A DNA stretch of 52,595 nt, from assembly GCA_030167865.1 (NCBI GenBank), contig JALAGF010003786.1, positions 1 through 52,595 on the forward strand, given 5' to 3'. Below the pieces are notes generated by a model. The model did no database searches, was not told where the DNA came from, and saw only the letters and a list, made by a program, of their open reading frames with translations. The position numbers were made by a program, and so were the translations under genes. Shown here in pieces: positions 19,859 to 32,200 of the stretch (position 1 is the first letter of the stretch; every line of letters starts with the position of its first letter). This stretch comes from Craspedostauros australis. Taxonomy: Eukaryota.

Positions 19859-22800
19859 CAGTGTCGGTGCTCTTGTTGGTGTTGTAGTTGTTGCTGGCGG
19901 ATCAATGATCGTGAGTTGGCTGTGTGGTGGACGATAGCCGCTAACGAAGTTACCGCTGCTATTGCGATTGCTTTTGTTGTTGCTGCGGTGTAGCGAGCTC
20001 GATTGTGTGCTGCACCGATGGTTGAATGATTGTTGGAGATGTTTGGGATTTATGTCTCGAATACGTCTCTTGTTGTTGGTCTTGTGATTGCCGTTGTCCT
20101 CGGCGTCGTCATTGACCTTGCAATTAGATGTAACATAGGTTGCTATTGCCATGGATCAGCAACTACTGTGGCATGATGCTCCATCGGAACATCACATCAC
20201 CTTGCATCACTTCACTTCGTGTCACATGACATGGCATGACATGACATCGCGTGGGATCTTCTGCCTTTTGGCGTGGAAGCAACAATCTTTGTGTGGCGCA
20301 CGATTGTTCCGAGATCACACGACTTATCACCAAAAAATGTGACCAGGTTTTGGTGATCATCTGGCGCGCATTCATGCGAAGAGTTGAGGCAATTTGAATT
20401 AAGGCACTTTCAGTACGGACGTTATGTCGGACAGTCAATTTGTCCATGTTTGATTTCGCAATGAGGTTCTTCACATCGCTACAAGACTACTGCGACATGA
20501 GAAAATAAGAGACATGAATACAAACATTGTTCTATTCTTGCGAAAAACAACATGGAGGTTGACCATGCCGAAATTGAAACGTGCGAATCCCTTGTTGTTG
20601 TCTCACAAAACCCCAAAGCGCAGATCTTTTCTGCCAAAAACAGGCAGGACTGCGATCGTTTGTCGGAAACACATCCGCTGAGTTCGGGATACTTCTTGGA
20701 TGTCTCGTGGTTAGCTGCGGCCTGAACTTCAGCATTGCACGACTCCAAGCGGACAGATTGTAAGGACTTCTGATCGGTGGCCAAACGGTTGGAATTGAGT
20801 CGGACAGAGCCTCGTGCGCACAAAGCCTTCCGAAGCGGAGCAGGGAAGGGGTTGCCATCGGCATTTCTGTTTCCATTCGCGAGATCGACCACGAGCATCA
20901 TCATAATAGTAGTACGAGGACGCATTGGCATTATATGAGAGAGCATGTAGACTACACGTTGTAGCTCAAGTCGTGACTGGGCGCTGTGGCGTGTGGGCCT
21001 TGCAGAAATGCACCTTCTACCCGTACTCTTGGATGTGAGGGTTGAACGCTGGTCTTGGCGGAGCCTCCCAAGGGCAAGCATTGCCATTCGCAGCGCAATA
21101 CTCGTAGAGTGCTCGGCAAAGTCGTAGCAGGCAGTGCTCGACATGGGCGGAATGCTATTCGGTGTGGGCGATTTTGCGTTTGCCAATTCTGGATTCCAAA
21201 GACGAGACGACTTGTGTCAAGCAAAAAAGTTGGCAGGAAATGGTGAGACCAACGCGATAATCGAACACGGGCGATGCGGCCGGGCCTCCTCACGTCTACT
21301 GTGGGGGTAGAGAATCGGGTCAGAACGACAGAGAGGCGCCGAGATGCAGAGAGAGAGAGAGAGAGATCATAATTCCGCCATGCGCTGTCACGAGGCATGG
21401 TCCAGACTTGCGGAGAACTCGCACATTAGCCGCGCCTGAAGCTGAAGGAGGAGAGGAGCAGGATCACACCTTCGGCGAAGTTTGGTTTGGATTGCCGGAA
21501 GGATGGTTCTGTCATGGTGTTCCTGCATTCGTCATACTTGCAGCCTGTGGTCGTACAGGTAGATCAGGTTGATCCCTGGGGGCTGGTGCTGATTCCTGGA
21601 GGTCTTTTTGCTCCGTCTCCCTCCAGAAGTTGGCGAACGTTTCTTTTGTCTTCTTGGCTACAGACACGCACAGCGCAGATTCTCGTGGCAACTCGGACGC
21701 ACAATGGATGCTTGCGGGCACCAATTTGTGAGAATGGCCGGATAGTAGAATAGTATAAATCATCAGCAATTAGCTCGCAGAGCAATCATGTGTTGTGGCA
21801 TCCGCACAAGCGACAAGTAGACAATGGCGTTCGCAGCACAACATCACCGACCCTCTCTTGTGTGTTGCAATACCAATGCTACACAAACTCGTAGCATACT
21901 ACACATACTCATGGCGCATTCCATGTCGAAGGTGCGACGAAACGTCCAGAAAGTGCATCACACAGAAACAACACACATGACGAAAGGAGGCGATGTCCGG
22001 TCACGACCACTTTGGCCACAGAAAGTACACGACTTGCGTACGTGTGCGATCGCTGCTGTTCGTGGTTTCGTCTCCATGCGTGGGCAGAACGGTTGAACCA
22101 AGGACAAAAAGCGAAGGAAGAACTTCAATAGGAACTTCCGCGTTCGGAGAAAGACCCAGAACAAGACGACGGCAACCAGCGGTTCGCGCCAGCCGGTGCA
22201 CCGCTGCCGGCAACAATTGCGCTTCATTGTCGGCTTCTCGTGGGCCAGGGAGAGGAAAGTAGCACAGAACCGCAACGCCGTTTGATGTTGTGCTCTGTGT
22301 TCGCACGAGCTAGTTGTGTGAGTATGGGATCGCCATGACCGTAGCTGGAGTCCATAGTCCGCGGCACGAGTGCGAATAGCGTGGAGTCACCGAATAGGCT
22401 ACTATCCGGAGCGTCTCCACGAAAGCGATGTGATGGTTGTTGACACAATGAAGCCTCGCAACGACGATGTCGGAACCCGGTGCTGCTGCTGTGCCTGCTC
22501 CAGAGACGTTCGAATCCATAAGAAGCGCGCACATCTATGGATCCGTTCGCAAGTCTTCTCGCAATGCGAAATTCGCGAGGACTGTTTTGCCCAGGATGTT
22601 TCATGACATCGAATGCTTGAACTACGGTGTGTCACATTCGCCGGATTTGTGTCGTTCTGCTCTCGTGAAGTGTATCAGAGATCCAAGATAAGTATAATAG
22701 TGGATGGCGCGCCAAAGTCTCATCTCAATTCCGCGAAGCAATAGATGTTGAAAGAATGACATATTACCACCTCCATCCCACATTGAACTGCGAAGAAACT

Positions 22801-24506
22801 TGTGTGAGATGGAGTTCGTTGCGTTGTTTGCTTCCTCCAAACCTCTCATTGGCACGACATTCGATGGTCACCGTCACGCTGATGCGTCCGACAGAGAGAG
22901 AGAGGTCAAGGTTCCAGAAACGACGGATGACTTGTGCCCAACACCAGCAAGTCCTCCCAAGCCCATACTTTACTCGTAGTCGTAGTCGTACTCGTATTCG
23001 CACGAGTACTCTAAAGCGCAATCGAAGTAGCGTGCGTTATTCTGTGCTTCCATATTTTTGCCGAATTGTGGAGTTATTGAGGAGGAACGCAATGTCATGA
23101 TATAAACTGGTGTTAGCATCCATGATTATACAACCAGGAACATCGCAGCCCTGTCGGACGATTAATGACCCGACAAACACGCAAGGACATCGAACGATGC
23201 GGACTTCGGAGGTTACATAGGTCTTGTGTAAATGTTAGAGAACCATTGTCCGCGGAAACTTTAGGCCGCAAAGTCACACAAATTAGTTCGCAGGCGCGGT
23301 GTACGATGTAACTAGCAAAAGGCTACATGGGGGATTTGTTTCCACGACCAACACATATGTACGCGCTGGGAACGCGATTTGTGAACCGGCACCTCCAGTT
23401 CCACGACCAAGACAGCAAAGCATCACTGTCATGACGTCGCGGGGGAATACGATGAACGCGCACAAGACCACGCTCCGCCAAAACGAATTTCCGGATACAG
23501 CCCAGAAAGCAGAGCGCACAACAGCAACAGCAACAACCAACTCCCCCTGTTGACGAGGACAGCACTGGAAGAAACAAGGAGGGTCGACACCAGGAGTTGA
23601 TGGATTGGAAGTCCCCACAAATTACAACCACACTCTCTGCCACAGCTGCACCTACAACCACAACAGCACTCTGGGCACTCGGAAAAGACATCAGAAAGCA
23701 TTGACAGCAACAAGCTCTCACAACAACACCAACGACCAAACAAACACGGGAACGAGCCATCAGTCCACCCACCCACCCATCCAACCAACCGACCACCCAC
23801 ACTTTATCACTTGCTGCCCCTCTGGATCTCCATCGATCCACCCACCCAAGAGACCAGAAACAGCAACGACAGCAACGACAGCAACGACAGCAACGACAAC
23901 GACAACGACGACAACAACCCGAGACGGATCAGGTCGAAGAAGTGTGAGAGTTGGAAGCGCCAGAACAAGGATCAGGAACAATCCTCCGTCACATGCTCAG
24001 AACGACAGCATCCAGATAACATCCTGACAAACTCCAAACAGGCACTCCCACAAAGCAAAAGAGAGACACAAAGCACATGCACGCACATGAACATAGGCAG
24101 ACACGCGCATTGACAACTTCCCATTGATAAAACTCGGAACACTTTGGCAACCACTTCGGCAATCGCTTTCGCACTCGATTCCACACGTTTCCACCCTCCA
24201 ACATACATTCACGCACGCAGACGTGGGCACTCCCTCTCAATCTTATCAATCGGATCAAACATCTACTCTGTGATAAGACTTCACCGAGAATCACAGCGAA
24301 CACAGCTTTTGTCTCTGACAAACGAGAAATCATCCAGGGCTGGAAGTGCTTCGTTCCTGACCTTGTCACGTCCGCCAGCAACTTCTCTCCTTCCTTCACC
24401 AAGACCCATTCGTCACACGATCAACCTCGTTGCAGCCGCAACAGTCCCATCAGTCTCCACAACAGCAACAGCAACAGCAACAACAACAACAACAACAACA
24501 ACAGCC

Positions 24507-26690
24507 ATGAGCAGACCCACCTCCATTGCACCCACAACAGTCTCGTCCAGTTCGGCTCTGGACAATCCATCAGCATCCAACAACACCCAGCCGACATTAA
24601 AAAAGGACAAGCCACAAACATCAGCCGCATCCGCATCCGCACAGGCATCAGCACCAGAACCAGCCATGTCCAGCATCCCAACAGTCAGCCCGACGGCTGA
24701 GAAGCCTGCCAAGCGAAGGACATGGAAGAAACCAAAGGACAAGCCCAAGCGCCCGCTTTCGGCGTACAACATCTACTTTCGTAAGTGCATCGTCATCGCC
24801 TTGCTCTGGGTTCATGTCCATGTGTTGCTCCATGTGTTGCTCCATGTTTTGCTCCTGGTGCTACTTTGCTTAGCGTTGTTGTGCTTCAACGCAAGGGCGA
24901 TCGGCAACGATGGTAATGATGGCAATGACGGCAATGCCCCGGGTAGTCTTTTCATGGTTCTCTTTTCTTTTCTCTTGATCCATCCTCACTCACATCAAAT
25001 CATCTGTTGTGTCGTTACATCCTCAACAACAACGCATGCTCCACACGCCTTACGATGTCGTACAGAACACATGAGATTGCGCATCGTCCAAGGTCACGAA
25101 GATGTTGCCCCCACGAGGGAAGAGATCAGGCGCAGCGTCGACACCATCCTCAACAAGACGAAGGAAAAGAGGAGACACCGAAAGACGCACGGGAAGATCA
25201 GTTTCAGCGACTTGGCGAGGACGATCGCGGACAAATGGAAGACCATCGCTCCGTGGGCAAAGGCCGTGTTTGATGAGTACGCCGAGCTTGACATGCAGCG
25301 CTATCGCAGGGAGGTCAAGATATGGAAGGAAAAGAAGGAGATGGAGGGCGACATGCTCCAGGCGCAGATTCACCGCCAGCAGCAAATGATGATGTTGGCC
25401 AACAATCACGGCCTCTCCCTCAACGGCAGCAACCACGGAGCCGCAACCATGATGCAGGCTCCCTTCGGTGCGGGATCATTCCACAATCCAACCTCGAACA
25501 TGGCAGCGGCGGCATCCAACACCCCGGTCAACGTCAGAAGAACCATGGGAAGCCACTTCTCGAACAGCATGAACATGAATTCCTCGTTCTCCTCATTGGA
25601 CTCTTCGGAATCAGACCACCTCTTCGATCTGCCGTTCGATTCCAACTCTTCCAGGAACACCCGGGCGTGGCAGGCACGCAGGACAACGCCGGACACGTTC
25701 AACTCCTCCTTCTCATCGCTCAATGGCTCCAACCACAGCGCAACGAGCCGTGCGAGCAGCGTCGACTACGATACCACCCTCAACGACAACGGGTTGGATG
25801 GATCTCTGCATGTTCAGAATCTCATCATGATGCAGCAACAGCAGCAACAACAGCAGCAGCAGCATTCGTCCTCCAACTTCAACATGAGCTCGGAACAGCT
25901 GCAATCGCAACAGAGGCACCTGCAGCAGCAGCAGTTCCAGCTCTTCCTGCAACAGCAACAACTCCAGCTGCAACAGCAGCAGCTTCAGAGCAGCGGTGTC
26001 CTCAGCAACACCAACATGGCGAGCTCGAATGACGCGCTCCACAACGCCAACGCCATCATGCCAAACAACTGCGCCAGCAACAAGTCCACCACCAACAGCA
26101 ACATGCTCAACAATAACGTCAACAACATGGGCGTCAACTTCAACAATGCCATGTCCAATCTTAATCCCATGATGATGACCAACAGCAACGCTCAGAATGA
26201 CCGCAACAACGCTATGAGTGGCACCGGTGTCAACGATGACGGACAGATGGCGTATCATTCCTCGTTCTCGAGCATGAACCTGAGCCAGCACAACAACAAC
26301 AACAACAACAACAATGCAATGGGTGCGTCGTCGGCATCCCTCCTTCCATACGTGTCCAACCACACGGCAGCATCGTCGTCTAATCATGGAATGCAGGTAC
26401 TGAGCCATCACAACAACAACGGCAACAACAACATAATTCATATGAACAGCAACCACATGAACAACAACCCAAACGCGGGCATTGGCATGATGGGGGCGAG
26501 CTTCGCCAGCATCGGATCCGGATTCGAGATGGGCATGCTCAATGCAGGCAGCAACAACGACATGAACAACAACAACAACAGCAATACAAATCACATGGAT
26601 GATCCACAATCGTCGCTGGAACAATTCATGAGCAGCATGGAACTGGACCATCCGCCAGACCAGAGCAACAACAATAACCTTGCTCTTTGA
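24507..26690 (+). CDS. HMG-box transcription factor with Q/N/M-rich low-complexity C-terminus; 2 exons (24507-24780, 25066-26690), ~632 aa
   Basis: WKKPKDKPKRPLSAYNIYF then, after GTAAGT..TACAG intron 24781-25065, QHMRLRI...KRRHRKTHGKISFSDLARTIADKWK...RYRREVKIWK, the typical diatom HMG box with the RKTHGKI insert. ATG 24507 follows an (ACA)n leader. Confidence 0.9.
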   Translation: MSRPTSIAPTTVSSSSALDNPSASNNTQPTLKKDKPQTSAASASAQASAPEPAMSSIPTVSPTAEKPAKRRTWKKPKDKPKRPLSAYNIYFRKCIVIALLWVHVHVLLHVLLHVLLLVLLCLALLCFNARAIGNDGNDGNDGNAPGSLFMVLFSFLLIHPHSHQIICCVVTSSTTTHAPHALRCRTEHMRLRIVQGHEDVAPTREEIRRSVDTILNKTKEKRRHRKTHGKISFSDLARTIADKWKTIAPWAKAVFDEYAELDMQRYRREVKIWKEKKEMEGDMLQAQIHRQQQMMMLANNHGLSLNGSNHGAATMMQAPFGAGSFHNPTSNMAAAASNTPVNVRRTMGSHFSNSMNMNSSFSSLDSSESDHLFDLPFDSNSSRNTRAWQARRTTPDTFNSSFSSLNGSNHSATSRASSVDYDTTLNDNGLDGSLHVQNLIMMQQQQQQQQQQHSSSNFNMSSEQLQSQQRHLQQQQFQLFLQQQQLQLQQQQLQSSGVLSNTNMASSNDALHNANAIMPNNCASNKSTTNSNMLNNNVNNMGVNFNNAMSNLNPMMMTNSNAQNDRNNAMSGTGVNDDGQMAYHSSFSSMNLSQHNNNNNNNNAMGASSASLLPYVSNHTAASSSNHGMQVLSHHNNNGNNNIIHMNSNHMNNNPNAGIGMMGASFASIGSGFEMGMLNAGSNNDMNNNNNSNTNHMDDPQSSLEQFMSSMELDHPPDQSNNNNLAL

Positions 26691-27547
26691 GCACTAACAA
26701 GGACAACATCATAAACTATAACTAGCAAAGCAAGCAAACAAAAAATCAATAGTCTCCAACAAGGCTCTGGGGGCCAAGCTCCCAGAATGGCGGCCCATAC
26801 GCCCAGAGTATTCCGGTGGTGGTGCCATTTGGCGGTACTATTGCGTACACGCATCGCACTCTGCTACCTTCCTCTCCCTTTCGCAATAGTCCCCCTTGTT
26901 GCCAATCGCACAACAATTCTGCACGTTGCTTTTCGTGTCTTGTACTCTACTATATTCGCGATCCAAGTTGAAGAGTCATCTTCGTGGGGAGCTCTCCCTC
27001 AGCCCAGCAGAGAGGGGCACTTGCCTGAGGGGCTGACCCTCCCGAACGAGCTACGACTATGTATAGTAGTCCTCTTTGACCTTTCTGCCACATCGCACAT
27101 GGCACTGACATGGCATTTCTGTACCCGCCTTTCTCGAATCCTCTGTTCTGAGTTAAGATCGGTCTTCTATCATCGCCCTCATCCTCGCACCCACGACAGA
27201 AACGAGATGCGAATTGTTGCCGTTGTTCAAATTCCAAAGTTCCCGAAGTGTACCACTCGTCACCTCTCTGCCTTGTGGGGACCTGGGATCATACTTTGAT
27301 TCCTTCGAGTCATTAACCATGATTAGAGGCTCATCCCCAGCTGACCCGCCACCAATTCGCCACTCCCAACAGACAATCTTCGCTGCTTTCCCGCTACAAG
27401 CAGCGCCGCAGAACAACCGCATCAACACAGCACCAGCGCACAGAGGAAGGAGGTGCCAACCAAATCAAACCAGAGGCTCCCCTCTGACGCTGTGATTAGA
27501 TCCAAACGAACGTGGAGGTCGCTAGCTCCCATGTTGGAGGTGTTCAG

Positions 27548-30079
27548 ATGATGAGACATGGCCGACGCAGCGTCCAGTCCAAGCGGCTGGGAGGCGGCAA
27601 GTCATCCTCCTCGAGTACGAGTCGGGGGATGTTGGTGAACAAGTTCACGGTGCTGGCCTACTGCTCCGTGTTGATTGTCATTTGGATCGGCCTGACGAGA
27701 AGGATCCTGCCTCTCGCAGAGCCTCATGGCGCTGCGCAGCCTGATTGGCAGTTGCCAAAGATCAGTCCTCATACTGGCAAGCAACCTCCGTCGCATGGCC
27801 ACCGCCATTCCACGGTCCGCGTCTCCGATGACGGCAGCCAGATTCTGTCGCAGTGCACACCAACGCACAAGGCCTGCCATGGCTTCGACGGCGTCCTCCA
27901 CATCCGCAGCGGCGATTACGGCGGGGCATCGGGCACCATCTTCTTCCAATTCGTCATCGCGCAGCTCATGTACGCGGATGCCCACAATCTGCTGCCGTGG
28001 ATTCATCTAGACGAATTCTCCCATCTCGTCTACGATCCCATCGTGCATGGGCGCAGCGATGCCGCCGTCATGGTCCGGTTGCTCAAGGGCATGGAGGTCA
28101 GCACTATTCAGGATGCACGTCGCAATCATGCCATGTATCCCGGCAGACCGGTCAGGAACGAGACCGCGCTCACGGACCACACTTACGCGTTTGCCGGCAC
28201 CGGCGTTTGGAATCATTACTTCCAACCCATCTCAGAGTACTGTCCGGGTGATCGATCCTGCGACAACGCGGTACCGTACATCACGATGGAGAATTATCAT
28301 ATCTCGCCTGGGTTGCACCGGTACGCGCCGTGGTCGCCCAAGGTCTGGCGGTATGGCAACATGCCATCCTTCATCGCGCAACCGCACATCCCACTGTCGC
28401 GGTGGCTGCTGCCGCAACGACAACGTGCTGCGGCGATTGTCCGGAAGTACGATCAATTCCGAGTGCAACCATGGCTGGAGGAACTATCCGTCATCCATGC
28501 CGATGACAAGTGCCTGGGGATGCATATTCGATGGTCCGACAAGGCAGGGACGCGCCGGTTGTTGCAGATCGATGAATTCCTGCCGTACGTCCTAGAATAC
28601 ATGCGCCAGCGACCGACGAAGGCTTGCATCTACCTTGCCACGGATTCGACCAAGGTTATCGAATCCATCCATGCCACGTGGCCGCAGGAGGTCCAAAGCA
28701 AGCTCCAATTCTCTTCGTCGACCATCCGATCATCCGATACGACCGCGGTGTTTGACATGGAATCGCACCATCGCACCAACAGCGAAGTCCTTCGGGATAT
28801 CCTGGATTTGTCCAAATGCGCCTTTTTGATTGGTGGCAAATCGGCGGTGACCGAATCCGCGATCTACTGGAACCCAGCTCTCATCTTCCAATCCATCAAT
28901 CTGGAAGATCCGTCACATCTCTCGGTGCAAACGTTCGGCGATCTTGTCGGCAAGGTCGTGCAAGGCGAGATCACAGACGAGACCTGGTCGCGGTACAAGA
29001 GTCCGCCAGGTTGGTGGGAAGAAGGTGCAACCAAAGATTCCAATATCCACAAGGCCTGTTCTGCGACGACGAACACACTTTGGAATGTCACGCAACCGAT
29101 TTCCAACGGTGCGGAGCAATGGACACCGGCCACCAAGATCAGCCAGCGACTCTTCATCCACCTTCCCAACGCATTTCATGCGATTGAATCGAAGCAGGAA
29201 AGTGCGGCGGTCGGTTTCAACGATCCGTTGTGGAAGGCCTGGTTCCGATCGGATGCGTGGATCACTTCGAATGCTGTTGCCACTTCTGCTGAGGCATCAA
29301 TGCCATGCGGCCAGATCTTCCCATTCGGAGATGAGCAGATCACCGATCGATCCATCTTTCCGTCCACCTCGTACTTGGGTTCCAAACGAGGCAAGGCCAG
29401 TGCCGACATGACCATCCCCTACACAGAATGGATGCAGCAGATGCGACAAGTTGCACGGCCGGTCTTTCAAAAGTTCTATTCTTCCGTACGGCCATCCATC
29501 CGCAACGAAGCATCGCGCGTGATGCAACGCGTTGTGCATAATGGCACAAACGATGACGTTGCGCCATTTCCGCGGTTGCATGACGCCACTGCGCAGGCAG
29601 AACCCTCAAGCAGCAGCGCTGCCTGCCTGGGCCTTCATATTCCCGATCCCGGATACCATCGCAATCGCAAATTGAAGCAATGGATCTCCAATGCATTCCC
29701 CGAAGACACGTACTTGGACTATCTCCGCGCCTTTCGGCGTGCCGGCGGCAGCTGCGTCTACCTAGCGACGGATTCTCATTCAATGTGGGAAGACTTCCGC
29801 AACACGACGATCGTGATGCACGGACAATGGAACGCCGTGCGCAATCGGGAGCACATTCCAATTCATTACATGGAGGAGGATCTCGTGCGAATTGGCAGCG
29901 AGATGTTGGTGGACGTAATCAACCTGTCCAGAACGTTGTTCCTCGTACATGCGTCGCATCCGATGTCGGATGGGGTGCTGTTCTGGAACTCGGAGTTGGA
30001 ACATCTGCATGTGGACGATCCCAATCGGATCGGGGTGGAAGAGTTCGAAACTGAGATCCGTCGCAGGTTGGGAGAGTAA
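27548..30079 (+). CDS. Type II membrane glycosyltransferase with two tandem GT23/NodZ-like (alpha-1,6-fucosyltransferase-like) modules
   Basis: Short basic N-tail plus one TM helix. Module 1: CLGMHIRWSDK, IYLATDS, DILDLSKCAFLIGGKSAV. Module 2: CLGLHIPDPG, VYLATDS, DVINLSRTLFLVHASH. Confidence 0.72.
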   Translation: MMRHGRRSVQSKRLGGGKSSSSSTSRGMLVNKFTVLAYCSVLIVIWIGLTRRILPLAEPHGAAQPDWQLPKISPHTGKQPPSHGHRHSTVRVSDDGSQILSQCTPTHKACHGFDGVLHIRSGDYGGASGTIFFQFVIAQLMYADAHNLLPWIHLDEFSHLVYDPIVHGRSDAAVMVRLLKGMEVSTIQDARRNHAMYPGRPVRNETALTDHTYAFAGTGVWNHYFQPISEYCPGDRSCDNAVPYITMENYHISPGLHRYAPWSPKVWRYGNMPSFIAQPHIPLSRWLLPQRQRAAAIVRKYDQFRVQPWLEELSVIHADDKCLGMHIRWSDKAGTRRLLQIDEFLPYVLEYMRQRPTKACIYLATDSTKVIESIHATWPQEVQSKLQFSSSTIRSSDTTAVFDMESHHRTNSEVLRDILDLSKCAFLIGGKSAVTESAIYWNPALIFQSINLEDPSHLSVQTFGDLVGKVVQGEITDETWSRYKSPPGWWEEGATKDSNIHKACSATTNTLWNVTQPISNGAEQWTPATKISQRLFIHLPNAFHAIESKQESAAVGFNDPLWKAWFRSDAWITSNAVATSAEASMPCGQIFPFGDEQITDRSIFPSTSYLGSKRGKASADMTIPYTEWMQQMRQVARPVFQKFYSSVRPSIRNEASRVMQRVVHNGTNDDVAPFPRLHDATAQAEPSSSSAACLGLHIPDPGYHRNRKLKQWISNAFPEDTYLDYLRAFRRAGGSCVYLATDSHSMWEDFRNTTIVMHGQWNAVRNREHIPIHYMEEDLVRIGSEMLVDVINLSRTLFLVHASHPMSDGVLFWNSELEHLHVDDPNRIGVEEFETEIRRRLGE

Positions 30080-30387
30080 GTCGAGCAGAGTGGAGTACTC
30101 TGCTACGCAAGACTATAAGTAATGAGTGACACTGTTGTGAAGTGTATAAAAGGAAGACTATTGGTATGATGTTGGACGGTGACATGATGGACTGACAAGC
30201 TGTGGATGCACGATCTGCCCCAGCATGCTCGTGCTCGTCTTGTGATGCGCTGCATCTCTGATGACGATCGCCACCGAGGTTGGAACCAAAGCCAAAGTCG
30301 TGACCTGCTTCACGTCGCCAATGTCACGATCGATAGAGTAGAGAGAACGCCCTCCCCACGCCACCACAAGTCGCAAAGAAACGCAAT

Positions 30388-31116
30388 CTACGACTCGAAG
30401 AAGAAGGAGTGCACCCCAAAGACGAGGAAGATGAGACCGCCCACCAAACTGACAGTCTTTTCCGAAATCCTCGCCGCCAGCATGCGGCCACCCACGACGG
30501 CCAACCCAGTGCACATGGTGTGACCGAGGCAACCACCCAAGGTGACACCGTACGGATCCTTGGCAGCCGCCAGCGCTATCGTCGCGATCTGGGATCGATC
30601 GCCCCATTCGGCCAGGAAGGTGAGCATGAACGACTGCAGGACGACCTGCGTGAATGTTTTCTGCTTGGATTTGTTCGCGACATCTCCCGCGGCTTCCATC
30701 TGTTCCAAGGCGGTGTCATCGCCATCGTCCTTCTTGGGGTGCAGGAGCTCCTCCTCCACCTCCTCTAGCTCCTCGCTGACCTGATGCGTCTGCATGGATC
30801 GGCTGTCCCACAGCAGCTTGATGCCGAAGTAGAAGAAGAGGAAGCCTCCCATGAGATGCGTGTGCTTGGGCTCGAGGAATTGCGGCAGTACCAGCCCCAT
30901 CATCGTCGACAGCACCGTCATGACGTAGAGGCTGGAGATGGCGCCGCTGAAGACTGCCGTGCGGGGATGGCTCATGGACAGCACGGCGGCGATGAAGAAG
31001 GTCTTGTCGCCGATCTCGGTGGCCAGGATCATGGCGACGCCTCCCGTGAAGCCTTTCCAGAATCCGCCCTTGTAGGCAGGCAGGATGCTGGACAAAAGCG
31101 TGGTCACGGCGGACAT
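30388..31116 (-). CDS. GDT1: GDT1/TMEM165 (UPF0016) Ca2+/Mn2+ transporter, 242 aa
   Basis: Two signature motifs EIGDKT and EWGDRSQ, acidic loop ELEEVEEEL, and GHTMCTGLAVVGG. ATG at 31116. Confidence 0.93.
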   Translation of the reverse strand: MSAVTTLLSSILPAYKGGFWKGFTGGVAMILATEIGDKTFFIAAVLSMSHPRTAVFSGAISSLYVMTVLSTMMGLVLPQFLEPKHTHLMGGFLFFYFGIKLLWDSRSMQTHQVSEELEEVEEELLHPKKDDGDDTALEQMEAAGDVANKSKQKTFTQVVLQSFMLTFLAEWGDRSQIATIALAAAKDPYGVTLGGCLGHTMCTGLAVVGGRMLAARISEKTVSLVGGLIFLVFGVHSFFFES

Positions 31117-32120
31117 TGTGTATATGTTGTATACTATATGCAATATGCTATGTAGTGGGGTATGTAGTGGGGTAGTGGTTGTTTGGTTGGGTGGGTCGTC
31201 AGTTGGATGGAGGCTCGTCTTCACACTGCGGTACCAATGGGTCGTACTGCTGCTCTGCTGCGCTTGGACTTGTTGTGTGTGGCAGCAATTGTGACTTCCC
31301 CATCGACTCGATGAAGACACCAACAACAACCGTGAAGCGTCATCACGATGGTGGCACTCTTGTTGGTTGGAGTCGTTGTCGTCGCGTTGTCATTGGGACG
31401 TTCGCGAATGGGGAAATGTCGAAAGACCACGACTGCATCTCATACGAGTCCCGCTTTTTCTCAGCTATTGATTCGTTTGACCATTCGAAACAACAAAGAA
31501 CGATTGATTCACGAGTTCATGTTCGTGATTGACCGAGAACGAGTTTTGGGATCATACGGGTCGCATGATCTGTCAGTCGGCCGTTGCGGTCATCTGGTCT
31601 TGTGCAATGACTCCTACGCGCCAACGGTGTAGCAGTTACGTACGTGAGCATGTGTCAGCAACAGAATCCTGTCAGAGCAGGAGAGAACACACAATTTCGA
31701 GGACCACAGCTCGAAACAGCAACAACAGCAACAACAGCCACTAACGCTAGATAGGATCGTCTTCTGTGTGTCTTGAGGTCTCTCCTTTGCAGCACCTACC
31801 AGCTTGCAAGCATCAGAATTCTTCCTCACGATTCAAATTCAAGCTTGGAGGTCGCAATCGCTGGTCGCGCTCACAACCGAATCCATCAACACCACGAATT
31901 GACCGAATCAGCAATGGACAAGAGAGATTTGATGACACGCAAGAATCCAGACGAGCACCTAACATTTTGTCGATTTTCACTTTTCTAACTCATGACTTAA
32001 TATAACGGGACTTAAAACACAGCGTTGAGACAAAAAGTGAATCAGCTGAAATCCTGAAAAGCGTACTTAGGGTTGCGCTATTGCTCTTGAATTGTCGTTG
32101 GTTCAGGCCCAAAGAGAGAG

Positions 32121-32200
32121 ACCGGACAAAACCGGAGAAACTAGGTCAGACCGGACAAAACGACCGGACAAAACGGACAGATTGGTTAGACCGGACAAAA
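32121..32200 (+). repeat. Clustered ACCGGACAAA direct repeats (possible transposon subterminal repeats)
   Basis: Perfect copies at 32121, 32150, 32163 and 32190, plus variants accggagaaa and aacggacag. Confidence 0.7.

Noticed and set aside
20200-24100. ORFs in the ~4-kb gap between protein B and the HMG gene (e.g. 20479-21186)
   Set aside because: No domain signatures or coding-like codon bias. Likely a long divergent regulatory region with microsatellites, though a small gene cannot be excluded.
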